DNA of 62,179 nt, the filler included, from Babesia bigemina (taxonomy: Eukaryota): NCBI RefSeq assembly GCF_000981445.1. It is 5 parts of 5 records of this genome, joined end to end, with 100 filler letters (N's around TTAATTAATTAA, not from the genome) between each part and the next. Parts side by side here need not be neighbours in the genome. Positions count along the whole stretch, not along the records: positions 1 to 11,011 come from NW_012237226.1; 4 more parts are not named here. The stretch is one strand, 5' to 3'. The notes beneath the pieces are model-generated. The model saw only the letters and a program-made list of their open reading frames with translations, was not told the origin of the DNA and did no database searches. Every line of letters starts with the position of its first letter. Position 1 is the first letter of the stretch. This document shows, in pieces, positions 1-11,111 of this stretch. The translations under genes and the position numbers were made by a program.

Positions 1-15
1 TACGATTAAGATTGT

Positions 16-840
16 CTATATGGTTTTCATATCATCGTTACTTTGCTTAACTCTCTCATTATACTCCCGCACCTTCCCCGCCACCTGCTCAATGACCTCA
101 AAACCCTTACGCCCGGTGGATAATTTAGGCTTTAATTCGGTCTCAACAAAATCTTTTAGCATTGTTTTGCCCACACTGTAAGGCTGTTTCTCGCTGACAT
201 CCTTAAGCAAATAATACAAAAATCCCATCACCCCGTCACACAGCCTGTCCAGGTCCGAGTACACAATGCCAGTGCCATCGTAGCCTTTTGACTCAGAGTT
301 GAAGCCGAGGAATGTTTCGAGGCCGTCACAAAGATTTGTTAAAAGCTTTTCACAATTATCATTTTCAGTCAATCCTTCAAGACTCTTTTTAAGATTTTTA
401 ACCTGAGACAACTTGGAGTCAATGTCCTTCAAGGCAGGATTCTCAGGATATTTAGTGTGGTTTGCATTACAGGAATTTTTATAATGTTCAAGCTGGGATT
501 TCGTAGCATTTAGAGACGCTGTTTTTTGCCCCTTATCACGATCTTCGGAGCCTTCAAGTTTTTTAAGCCTCTCTTCAACATCCTTAATTTGCCTATCCAT
601 AGCCTGGCAAGTGGACTCATTTCCCCTATACTTAACAGGGCATTCAAGTTTAGATTTTTCGGCATTAAGGGACTTTTCAGCCTTCTCAATAGCCTCCTCA
701 ATCAACTTTTTCAAAGCTTGAGACAACTGGTCAAGACCATCACCACCATCACCATTCCCATACCTAACCTGGATCAACCAGTCGATGGACTCCCGGAGGT
801 TTTCCGGACAGTCCGTTAATTTCTTAGGTGTATGCCTCAT
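16..840 (-). CDS. ves1: ves1-family variant erythrocyte surface antigen, 5' portion with native N-terminus (MRHTPKKLTDCPENLRESIDWLIQV); frame ends at TAG 16-18 near the window edge
   Basis: Contains PKKLTDCPENLRESIDWL and FLGF..SKGY.G.GIVYSDLDRLCDGVMGFL; the latter is shared with the other ves ORFs in the window. ATG is at 840 (the ORF-track start at 846 is a TTG). Confidence 0.85.
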   Translation of the reverse strand: MRHTPKKLTDCPENLRESIDWLIQVRYGNGDGGDGLDQLSQALKKLIEEAIEKAEKSLNAEKSKLECPVKYRGNESTCQAMDRQIKDVEERLKKLEGSEDRDKGQKTASLNATKSQLEHYKNSCNANHTKYPENPALKDIDSKLSQVKNLKKSLEGLTENDNCEKLLTNLCDGLETFLGFNSESKGYDGTGIVYSDLDRLCDGVMGFLYYLLKDVSEKQPYSVGKTMLKDFVETELKPKLSTGRKGFEVIEQVAGKVREYNERVKQSNDDMKTI

Positions 841-1700
841 TTTCAAGGCTCACTTACCTCGCACTTTCACTCACGTTTCAAACTAATCACGACCACCCGC
901 ACTCAACACGCATGCCACAGCTACATTACATAACTCAACTCAAACTCATGCACATGGAATCTCGATGGAATCTCGCTCACAGTCACACTACGTTATGGAA
1001 TCACGCAAAAACTCACCAATTTCGCAGCCTTCCTCGCTCACCTAACAAGGAAAACCGTTTATATCGCTACCTCGACCACCTACCTCAGCGGAATCTCGGC
1101 CTTCGCTCTCCCTTCCGGCGCCATTCGCTCCCGCTCACGGCTCTTGCCCAGCCTTCCAGTCAACAACGACATCGCACTGAGGATTCCATATCGCATCACC
1201 ATGCGCCGGCCGGTCTCCCACGGGGATGGGGTAAAGCGTTCGAATAAGTGACGATGCGCACCTACGTTACATATGACTACGCTGCTAATTTCTATTCAAA
1301 TCAAATTCATACGCACTCTTTACTCAAACACTCAACTCTCACCCAGCCTCAAAAGCTGGGTTGCCTCCAAATCGGAGCTACAACCATTCGCCCAGTTCCC
1401 GGCCCTTCCCAACCGTTCCTGAAGGCGCCCGTTCCTTCATCAGGAGCAGTGAAGAGCAACGAAAGTGTTCGCTAGATGAGCTACGAGAGCGGCAGTAATG
1501 CCTACGAATATGTGATCACCGATAAGGGTGAGAGGAGCAACGAAGCCGTGAACAAGCGGCTGAGTAACGTGGTGACCAAGAAGGTACCCAAAGAGGTAAC
1601 CAAGAAGATAAGCAAATAGCTAAGTAAACGGCTGAATTGATAGCTGACTGATACCCTCCCTCTCTACTTTCCCATTCCCCCGGCTTACGCCTTCCGCTCT
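841..1700 (-). promoter_or_regulatory. Putative promoter/5'UTR of the ATG-bearing ves1 gene
   Basis: Unique non-repetitive DNA directly upstream of the ATG, with four GGAATC(T/A)CG motifs at about 955-1098. Promoter role is inferred from position only. Confidence 0.4.
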
Positions 1701-4089
1701 ACGACGTGCTTAACTCGCTGCTAGTCTGCTTGTTTATCACGGCAGCTTATCGCAGCTGCTTCGTGACCAGAAGTACACTGTTAATTATCACATGTGCCAC
1801 CGCGTTAAATTGTGCGCTAGTCTAATTGCTTATCGCTATTTTTACGTGTTAACATTCTATCACGTGAATCTGCTCGTGATATTGTTACTCAGCGTTGCGA
1901 CGCTGATTTGTGTATTCCCATTTCGTCCATTCGTCTTATTTCAGTCACACGGGCAACTGACGTTGCCTTGTGTTTGGTTACTAGCTCATCTGACGCCAAT
2001 CGCGGCGTCTCTTGTCTCTTTGGCTACATAATCGCTACCATGTGTATACCGTCACATGCGCGTACCGCGCTCGACTAGCAACAACGCATTATTGATGAAG
2101 CGGTTTTCACGCACATTCCAGCTTAATCAACGTTGCATCGCTAGCAGTGAGATTTGCTCTGATAAGGCAAAATTGTTATACAGCTGAGAAACTGTCAATC
2201 ACATCATCAAATGACATATTATCGCATCAACGACGTTATTCCAAATGCACGGCGGATACCCTCCGCCAGGTCTAGCACAGCGCCGACACCCCTGGTAGCC
2301 TAGGACGAAGAGGAAACGGGCCACGTCGTCCAGGAAAATTATAGGCGGCTAGTCAAGTAATTATGCGTCTGAGATGTGATTAGTGACGTGATTAGGGATG
2401 CGTGACAAAACAAATCATTCCGCTAGGTGAAACGTGAGCAGTGGAAAACGCAACATGTAACGCCGTGGCCACGACCACTACGGACAACAGCTAAGTGACA
2501 AGGTTAGTTGACATAGCGATTATTATAACATCATTCCATACATATGAAGACATGAGAATGCTATTCATCGCGTAATCATGTCGGCGATAATACGCCGTAC
2601 ACGTCAGCTACCTGTCCGCCAGAAGACATGCAGCGACCGGCACTCACGCAGCGAATACCACGTAATAACAGCGTCACATACGTGATACGAAAGGCATGTA
2701 GCGCACAAATTAATACAGTTTTCCGTGCACCACCTACCCAGCACTAGGCAGCTCCGCTGCGTGCCTCGACCTAATGGCTCATCTCTTAGACGTGACAGAC
2801 AGATGTGCTGCGTATTTTACAATGCTGTTTATGTGTCATTAAGATGCTGTTTAGTCAACCATCGTTTCGCAAATCGCAACATGCCGTCGGACAGCAATTC
2901 GCCCAGCACGGGAGCATCAGCGCAGCAGGGAGCGGCTGGTGAGTTAGCGGTGTAGTTACTGTGCAAAAACATTCTGAATTATATTGTTAGCGTGTGGAAT
3001 AAGGTTGTATGTAAATAGTTAAGTAAAAGCATAGGTGATTGTGTTGACTATTCAAATGTACATCAATTGGAAACGTATGGTGTAACATGCTTAATAACTA
3101 CTCATGTTAGTATTAAAATTGTTATGTGACTTATAGATGAAAATACACTTTTGTGGATATATTACACTTCCTATTTATACGCTCATCATTTTTCACATTT
3201 GACCACTACCCAGCTGTGTCACCCTGTCTGCCTGTGCATTCATTACTTGACCGTTGTGCAATCTACCGCTCATACTTACGTGCTCATTGACCTCGTAAAT
3301 TATACGTTAAACGATACCAATGTGCTGATATAACTATGCGGTGATCACGTCTCATTAAGAAGGTCGGCCGTCAGCTAGCTGCTCGGCATGGTAGTAGCCG
3401 GAATCTCGGCGGTGGCGGACGTAATTGCTTTTATAAAAGTGGCTTAAAATGCTTGAAATATGACGGAATGGCAGCAGGTGTGCGAACAACGTGACGTGGT
3501 ATTGCAACCTTATTTGAGTAGCTAGACGGTGCCTGTGGTATCCTACTCCGCCAATCACTGGTCGGCCGGGGTACGCGTCGTGGCAAAAAATTTGCCAAAG
3601 TGAGAAATGCTGTAAAATGTCGTAAAATGATTGGGAAGCGTGTTTGGTGACTCTAGATGTGCCGTAAAAAATTTCGCATTGGACTTCACCTGCCGGTGTC
3701 GTCATGTGTCTATCTGGCGGCGCTCGGTGTGGCAGTGACCGCTCGGGCTGCTTGGAGTTACATGAGTCGTAAAATGTGCATAAAACACGTAATGCTTCAG
3801 CCCCAATTTTTACCCACTTTGACCCAACAGCCGTGGTGTGGCCTGACGGGGGCCCTTGGGCCCCGATAGGGTGGTGTGGGATGTGTGGCTGCACACATGT
3901 GTAATTAGTCAGGCGTGTCTGGGCGTGGAAACACTATAACCTGCGCGGGTATCGGGATATCCGGAATACATCTCCGATGTTCGATTGACCCCGCACACAT
4001 AGTGTAGTCGTCACCATGGTCAGCTCACCGCTGACTGCTAGCACGTGTCTACTCACTTAACTGGCCGGTGGCAGCGATTAAAGGTATGT

Positions 4090-5709
4090 TCACGATATGT
4101 GATGTATTTTGCTGATTAGTCTCAGGAAGCGCAATCTGCGTCTTTTTCGCTGGGCACCGGACTGCTTACGTCTTGCACATTTACACCTCACAGGTGCGTT
4201 GCTGCGTACGCGTTTCCATGGAAGCTCAGATAGCATAGTGCAGCAGAAACACGGCGCGATGTCGTCCGGGTAATTTGCGTAGTAGCGTGCAGGGATCACA
4301 TCCCTCGGATGCGTGTTCCATCTGAGCAGTCTGCCGCTGTCTACGCTTGGCTCCCGGCGCACGACTGGTCGGCCGGTGTTTTCTTGCACATTCTCATTTT
4401 CGCCACCGTCATCGAGCGTCTCATCATTTGAGTGCTGCGATACTGACGGCGAATAGCGTATGATGGTCAGTCCGACTCGGTGTGGCGGTGGCGTCTCTCT
4501 GCTGACGTTGCGTGTGTCGGCGTGGTAGCGAATTGGCTGCGCTGCGTTCCACCGTTCCGCTTGCGGCGTCACCAGGTAGTCAAACATATTAACGTTGCTA
4601 ACATCATTGCAGCTCACGTTGTCCAGAGTCAGGAATTCACGCTCCTCCTGTGCCGGCTGCGGTTCCACGCTGCGCTCCTTGATCCGATTCATGTGATCCC
4701 TCTGCCAGTCGAGAAACTTGGCGTCCTCTAGCGCGTCGTCCAGTGCAGTTTCAAGTTGCATAATGTGCGATTCCTTGGCCATCTGATGCGGATCAAGCGG
4801 CAGCTTGAAATTGTCATCGCGGACAGTCTGCAGTTCCTTGTAGATTCGGCCCACCCGTGACCACAGTTCCCTCCTGGTAGGCGAACGGAAGTGAGCCGGT
4901 TGATGCGTATAGCCGAATCTAGCGTACGGAAAATCGGCGAGCAACCTGATTGGCGAGTGGTATGCGTCCTGTGTTGAGAGCATAGCACTGTAAGCCGGCG
5001 TCTCGTCGGCCATTTCTGTTATGTCATATACAAATTGCTGTGAGTTTGTGCGTTGATTCCGCAACCGGCTGCTGCGTCGAGGCGTGTCCTTGGTGTATGT
5101 GGGAGTCCGCACTGCCTCCTGCTTGACGACATCAGCAGTCTCAACAGGTCTGACTTTCCGCGGTCTGCCCCTCGGGCGCTTGACAATTTCGCTGGTCTCA
5201 ACAGGCCTGACTTTCCGCGGTCTGTCTCTCGGGCGCTTCACTTTCTGCTCCGGTTGAGGAGAGACTGTGATGAGTGCGCTGTCGGCAGTAGCGTTACCAT
5301 TGCACAGCTGCTCCTCCTGCTTGACAGCATCGGGAGTCTCAACAGGCCTGATTTTACGCGGTCTGCCTCTCGGACGCTTCACCTTCTGCTCCGGTGGAGG
5401 AGAGACTGTGATGAGTGCGCTGGCAGCCGTCGCGTTACCATTCAACTGCTGTTCCTCCTGCTTGACAGCGTCGTTAGTCTCAACAGGCCTGACTTTCCGC
5501 GGTCTGCCTCTCGGGCGCTTGACAATTTCGCTGGTCTCAACAGGCCTGATATTACGCGGCCTGCCTCTCGGACGCTTCACCTTCTGCTCCGGTTGCGTAA
5601 TGGCTGTGATGGGTGTATTGGCCAGCTGGGTGTCATCGTTGGTCTGCAGTTTGGTAGCGTTGTTTGGCGACGGCTTGAAGTAGTAGTCCAGAGTCCGCTG
5701 GCGTATCAT
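4090..5709 (-). CDS. Hypothetical multi-AT-hook DNA-binding protein (539 aa)
   Basis: ATG-initiated 1.6-kb ORF with four KRPRGRPR(K/N) AT-hooks and one degenerate KRPRDRPRK in internal repeats; C-terminal CxCC..CxC motif and basic NLS-like RKRRRLR. Confidence 0.75.
   Translation of the reverse strand: MIRQRTLDYYFKPSPNNATKLQTNDDTQLANTPITAITQPEQKVKRPRGRPRNIRPVETSEIVKRPRGRPRKVRPVETNDAVKQEEQQLNGNATAASALITVSPPPEQKVKRPRGRPRKIRPVETPDAVKQEEQLCNGNATADSALITVSPQPEQKVKRPRDRPRKVRPVETSEIVKRPRGRPRKVRPVETADVVKQEAVRTPTYTKDTPRRSSRLRNQRTNSQQFVYDITEMADETPAYSAMLSTQDAYHSPIRLLADFPYARFGYTHQPAHFRSPTRRELWSRVGRIYKELQTVRDDNFKLPLDPHQMAKESHIMQLETALDDALEDAKFLDWQRDHMNRIKERSVEPQPAQEEREFLTLDNVSCNDVSNVNMFDYLVTPQAERWNAAQPIRYHADTRNVSRETPPPHRVGLTIIRYSPSVSQHSNDETLDDGGENENVQENTGRPVVRREPSVDSGRLLRWNTHPRDVIPARYYANYPDDIAPCFCCTMLSELPWKRVRSNAPVRCKCARRKQSGAQRKRRRLRFLRLISKIHHIS
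5125..5595 (-). repeat. Coding internal repeats of the AT-hook protein
   Basis: Recurring GTCTCAACAGGCCTGA..CGCGGTCTGCCTCTCGG units encoding (PEQK)VKRPRGRPRK.RPVET. Confidence 0.85.
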
Positions 5710-7401
5710 CTCGGCATGTGGAGTGTCATGAGTTGATTACAGTGCTGAGTGCCGATGAGCGCATGACTGTTGATGTATTTCACTGCGAAAGATGTTTGTT
5801 GCGCATGTGGGTATTTACATAGCTCACCGGCGTTATTTGGTCCCTTGTACCGCCAGCATGCGGGCGTAATTGCTTGACTGTTTTCCGCTTAAAATTGCCG
5901 TCAACTGCTCCCCATTACAGCGCATCCGGCAAATACCGTATCGGTGATGCATGCGCTTTTAATGAGCATGAAATTGTCTAGAGAAAGGAGCGACCGCGGT
6001 CGCGACTCGTGCATAACACATACGCATCTACTGATCATTACACCAATTATCATTGGCATCGCGATTATCGCGTTACGTAACTTTGATTGCCACGCAAATA
6101 GCTCACTAAAGCAGCGTAGTTGATTAGTGCACCCGGTGCGCATGCTGTCTAGATGCATGTTTACATTTACATGCACATGCACAAACATGCTGCAAAACGG
6201 TGTCCACTTTCTGCATGTTGGCCGTTCAGAATGTTTCGCCAACATTCTCCCGGACGGTCGGCCGAGCCTTGGCGAGTCCAAGTTGCGGTGTTCAGGCGTG
6301 GAGAACCTGGCTCCGGCGAGTTGGATGGCCGGCTACCGTCTGGTAAAAAATTTGATTAATTTCTATTTTCCTATTGTTTTGACTTTGTAGACGCTCCGCT
6401 GTCTATCTGGACGTTTGTCAAGTGCGCTCCAACTCTGTTCGTGTCTAGGTGGGCGTAGGTTAGTTTTCTGTTCCAGCTGTTTTGTTGATTGCCGCTTACA
6501 TGCTGGTAATGAGTTTCTTTTGATGCGTGTTTTATGTGTTGCTATTGTTGCGTAAAGTCATATGATATGTAAGCCATCAACTAATTCGTTTGCAGACCGA
6601 CGGAGCTGAGGAGCCGTGTCTCGACTGCGCTGACGAGCACTTGTGATATCAGCTTGGCGGCGTGTCTCTTGATGAGGCAGGGGAGAGCATGTCGGCCGCT
6701 GATGAACGCGTCGAGTAATGTATTATTATGATTACTACTAGTGCCAGCAACTCAATTTAGTAGGGAGGCGGAATGAGGTGTGACATTCCGGCCATCCCGT
6801 TTCTTGGTCAAGATCGCAATTAACATCAGGCATATTAATTTAATGCGGAGAGGACATCGATGCGTGTCTATGTGTATATTATGCGTTGTATATGTTGTAT
6901 TTGCGGCTTGGTTCATGGCGTGTGAAGTGTGGCCTGGTCAGTGCGTTGCCTGGCACCGTGGCTAGGGCGTTGGTGGGCCTTTTGGGTAGCGCTTTGGTGA
7001 GGTGTTTGGTTCGTGATTTGGTTGATTGGTTGGTTGTATAGTTGATTATAGTGTTGATGAAGGCGTTGTTTAGTGTGCTGTGCAGTGTTTTGTTGAGTGC
7101 TTTGCTTTTGTGTTGGTCACGTCGGTAGCTGCGGTCAGTGGCATGGCGTGGCAGTTGAGTGCCGAAATAAAGACACTGAGTAGCGTCACAGTAGCGTTGA
7201 TTAGGCACACGGGTAGCGCACTCATAGCGTTGGTAGTGGAGAAAATAGGTGCGTGGTTGCAGTAGCAGTCCATCCGTCCCACTCAGGCAGCGGGGAGTCA
7301 TGAGGGCGGAGATGGGCTTGGTGATTAAGGTGGTGGACGCGTAGGCGAATTGTACGCTGAGTTAGGCGGCACATAGAGATTGTAAGTGCTTAGTTAGATT
7401 A

Positions 7402-10400
7402 CAATAACAAGGCAAATTAGAATCAAGGCTTATCTAAGGCCAGAAACAGGAAGATGAGTAGCTGAATAAGATAAGATGAGTAGCTGAATAAGATAAGATG
7501 AGTAGCAATAACAAGTCAAATTAGAATCAAGGCTTATCTAAGGCCAGAAACAGGAAGATGAGTAGCTGAATAAGATAAGATGAGTAGCTGAATAAGATAA
7601 GATGAGTAGCTGAATAAGATAAGATGAGTAGCTGAATAAGATAAGATGAGTAGCTGAATAAGATAAGATGAGTAGCTGAATAAGATGAGTAGCAATAACA
7701 AGGCAAATTAGAATCAAGGCTTATCTAAGGCCAGAAACAGGAAGATGAGTAGCTGAATAAGATAAGATGAGTAGCTGAATAAGATAAGATGAGTAGCTGA
7801 ATAAGATAAGATGAGTAGCTGAATAAGATGAGTAGCAATAACAAGGCAAATTAGAATCAAGGCTTATCTAAGGCCGAGCGAAGTGAGGCCAGAAACAGGA
7901 AGATGAGTAGCTGAATAAGATAAGATGAGTAGCTGAATAAGATAAGATGAGTAGCTGAATAAGATAAGATGAGTAGCTGAATAAGATGAGTAGCAATAAC
8001 AAGGCAAATTAGAATCAAGGCTTATCTAAGGCCGAGCGAAGTGAGGCCAGAAACAGGAAGATGAGTAGCTGAATAAGATAAGATGAGTAGCTGAATAAGA
8101 TAAGATGAGTAGCTGAATAAGATGAGTAGCAATAACAAGGCAAATTAGAATCAAGGCTTATCTAAGGCCAGAAACAGGAAGATGAGTAGCTGAATAAGAT
8201 AAGATGAGTAGCTGAATAAGATAAGATGAGTAGCTGAATAAGATAAGATGAGTAGCTGAATAAGATAAGATGAGTAGCTGAATAAGATAAGATGAGTAGC
8301 TGAATAAGATAAGATGAGTAGCTGAATAAGATAAGATGAGTAGCTGAATAAGATAAGATGAGTAGCAGAATAAGATAAGATCAGAATCAGAATATGATAA
8401 GATGAGTAACTGAATAAGATGAGTAGCTGAATAAGATAAGATGAGTAGCTGAATAAGATAAGATGAGTAGCTGAATAAGATAAGATGAGTAGCTGAATAA
8501 GATAAGATGAGTAGCTGAATAAGATGAGTAGCAATAACAAGGCAAATTAGAATCAAGGCTTATCTAAGGCCAGAAACAGGAAGATGAGTAGCTGAATAAG
8601 ATAAGATGAGTAGCTGAATAAGATAAGATGAGTAGCTGAATAAGATAAGATGAGTAGCTGAATAAGATAAGATGAGTAGCTGAATAAGATAAGATGAGTA
8701 GCTGAATAAGATAAGATGAGTAGCTGAATAAGATAAGATGAGTAGCTGAATAAGATAAGATGAGTAGCTGAATAAGATAAGATGAGTAGCTGAATAAGAT
8801 AAGATGAGTAGCTGAATAAGATAAGATGAGTAGCTGAATAAGATAAGATGAGTAGCTGAATAAGATAAGATGAGTAGCTGAATAAGATAAGATGAGTAGC
8901 TGAATAAGATAAGATGAGTAGCTGAATAAGATAAGATGAGTAGCTGAATAAGATAAGATGAGTAGCTGAATAAGATAAGATGAGTAGCTGAATAAGATAA
9001 GATGAGTAGCTGAATAAGATAAGATGAGTAGCTGAATAAGATAAGATGAGTAGCTGAATAAGATAAGATGAGTAGCTGAATAAGATAAGATGAGTAGCTG
9101 AATAAGATAAGATGAGTAGCTGAATAAGATGAGTAGCAATAACAAGGCAAATTAGAATCAAGGCTTATCTAAGGCCAGAAACAGGAAGATGAGTAGCTGA
9201 ATAAGATAAGATGAGTAGCTGAATAAGATAAGATGAGTAGCTGAATAAGATAAGATGAGTAGCTGAATAAGATAAGATGAGTAGCTGAATAAGATAAGAT
9301 GAGTAGCTGAATAAGATAAGATGAGTAGCTGAATAAGATAAGATGAGTAGCTGAATAAGATAAGATGAGTAGCTGAATAAGATAAGATGAGTAGCTGAAT
9401 AAGATAAGATGAGTAGCTGAATAAGATAAGATGAGTAGCTGAATAAGATAAGATGAGTAGCTGAATAAGATAAGATGAGTAGCTGAATAAGATAAGATGA
9501 GTAGCTGAATAAGATAAGATGAGTAGCTGAATAAGATAAGATGAGTAGCTGAATAAGATGAGTAGCTGAATAAGATAAGATGAGTAGCTGAATAAGATGA
9601 GTAGCAATAACAAGGCAAATTAGAATCAAGGCTTATCTAAGGCCAGAAACAGGAAGATGAGTAGCTGAATAAGATAAGATGAGTAGCTGAATAAGATAAG
9701 ATGAGTAGCTGAATAAGATAAGATGAGTAGCTGAATAAGATAAGATGAGTAGCTGAATAAGATGAGTAGCAATAACAAGGCAAATTAGAATCAAGGCTTA
9801 TCTAAGGCCGAGCGAAGTGAGGCCAGAAACAGGAAGATGAGTAGCTGAATAAGATAAGATGAGTAGCTGAATAAGATAAGATGAGTAGCTGAATAAGATA
9901 AGATGAGTAGCTGAATAAGATGAGTAGCAATAACAAGGCAAATTAGAATCAAGGCTTATCTAAGGCCGAGCGAAGTGAGGCCAGAAACAGGAAGATGAGT
10001 AGCTGAATAAGATAAGATGAGTAGCTGAATAAGATAAGATGAGTAGCTGAATAAGATGAGTAGCAATAACAAGGCAAATTAGAATCAAGGCTTATCTAAG
10101 GCCGAGCGAAGTGAGGCCAGAAACAGGAAGATGAGTAGCTGAATAAGATAAGATGAGTAGCTGAATAAGATAAGATGAGTAGCTGAATAAGATAAGATGA
10201 GTAGCTGAATAAGATGAGTAGCAATAAGAAGGCAAATTAGAATCAAGGCTTATCTAAGGCCAGAAACAGGAAGATGAGTAGCTGAATAAGATAAGATGAG
10301 TAGCTGAATAAGATAAGATGAGTAGCTGAATAAGATAAGATGAGTAGCAATAACAAGGCAAATTAGAATCAAGGCTTATCTAAGGCCAGAAACAGGAAGA

Positions 10401-10411
10401 TGAGTAGCTGA
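7402..10411. repeat. Telomere-associated higher-order satellite: 22-bp monomer GATGAGTAGCTGAATAAGATAA punctuated by a spacer (..GCAATAACAAGGCAAATTAGAATCAAGGCTTATCTAAGGCC[GAGCGAAGTGAGGCC]AGAAACAGGAA)
   Basis: Read directly from the sequence; lies immediately proximal to the telomere tract. Confidence 0.95.
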
Positions 10412-10424
10412 GGTCCTAGAATTC

Positions 10425-11011
10425 TAGGGTTAGGAGGCCAGGTCACTGGGCTTAGGTTTTTAGGTTTCTTAGGTTCTTAGGTTTTTAGGGTTTTAGGTTT
10501 TTAGGGTTTTAGGGTTTAAGGGTTTAGGGTTTAGGGTTTAGGGTTTAGGGTTTTAGGGTTTTAGGGTTTTAGGGTTTTAGGGTTTAGGTTTTTAGGTTTT
10601 AGGGTTTTTTTAGGGTTTTAGGGTTTTAGGGTTTAGGTTTTAGGGTTTTTAGGGTTTAGGGTTTTTAGGGTTTTAGGGTTTAGGGTTTTAGGGTTTTTAG
10701 GGTTTAGGGTTTAGGGTTTAGGGTTTTTAGGGTTTAGGGTTTAGGGGTTTTAGGGTTTAGGGTTTTAGGGTTTTAGGGTTTAGGGTTTAGGGTTTAGGGT
10801 TTAGGGTTTTAGGGTTTAGGGTTTTTAGGGTTTAGGGTTTTAGGCTTTTAGGTTTAGGGTTTTTTAGGGTTTTAGGGTTTTTAGGGTTTTAGGGTTTTAG
10901 GGTTTTAGGGTTTTAGGGTTTTTTAGGGTTTAGGGTTCTTAGGGTTTTAGGGTTTTAGGGTTTTTAGGGTTTAGGGTTTTAGGGTTTAGGGTTTTTAGGG
11001 TCTAGGGTTTA
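10425..11011 (+). repeat. Telomeric repeat tract (GGGTTTA/GGGTTTTA and variants), degenerate at its proximal end
   Basis: G-rich strand runs 5'->3' toward the contig end; the TTTAGGG-type unit is typical of apicomplexan telomeres. Confidence 0.95.
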
Positions 11012-11111
11012 NNNNNNNNNNNNNNNNNNNNNNNNNNNNNNNNNNNNNNNNNNNNTTAATTAATTAANNNNNNNNNNNNNNNNNNNNNNNNNNNNNNNNN
11101 NNNNNNNNNNN
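11012..11111. other. Artificial contig linker (N44-TTAATTAATTAA-N44)
   Basis: Six-frame stop spacer flanked by Ns; four identical copies in the window. Confidence 0.99.

Noticed and set aside
823..858. Minus-strand GAG/GTAAGT donor just upstream of the ves ATG with an AG 35 nt later
   Set aside because: The acceptor would be AAG with no pyrimidine tract, and splicing would delete the ATG and part of the PKKLTDCP start; too weak to call.
1792..3894. Short ORFs in the unique subtelomeric region, including 3355-3894
   Set aside because: No recognisable domain, and several use non-ATG starts; a spliced gene cannot be excluded without RNA data.
5940..6220. GCATGC/TGCATG-like motifs upstream of the AT-hook gene
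   Set aside because: Only partial matches to the apicomplexan TGCATGCA element; could be chance.
7402..10411. CRISPR-like appearance of the punctuated repeats, and long ORFs (YSSYLIQLLIL..) across them
   Set aside because: No unique spacers and no cas genes in a eukaryotic subtelomere; the ORFs are translations of a stop-poor satellite strand.
10500..11011. Variable T-run length in the telomere repeats
   Set aside because: Cannot be distinguished from homopolymer sequencing error without reads.
11012..11111. TTAATTAATTAA palindrome, and the apparent internal telomere next to a ves gene
   Set aside because: Artificial linker between contigs; the adjacency is not biological. The same applies at 24460, 43123 and 46840.
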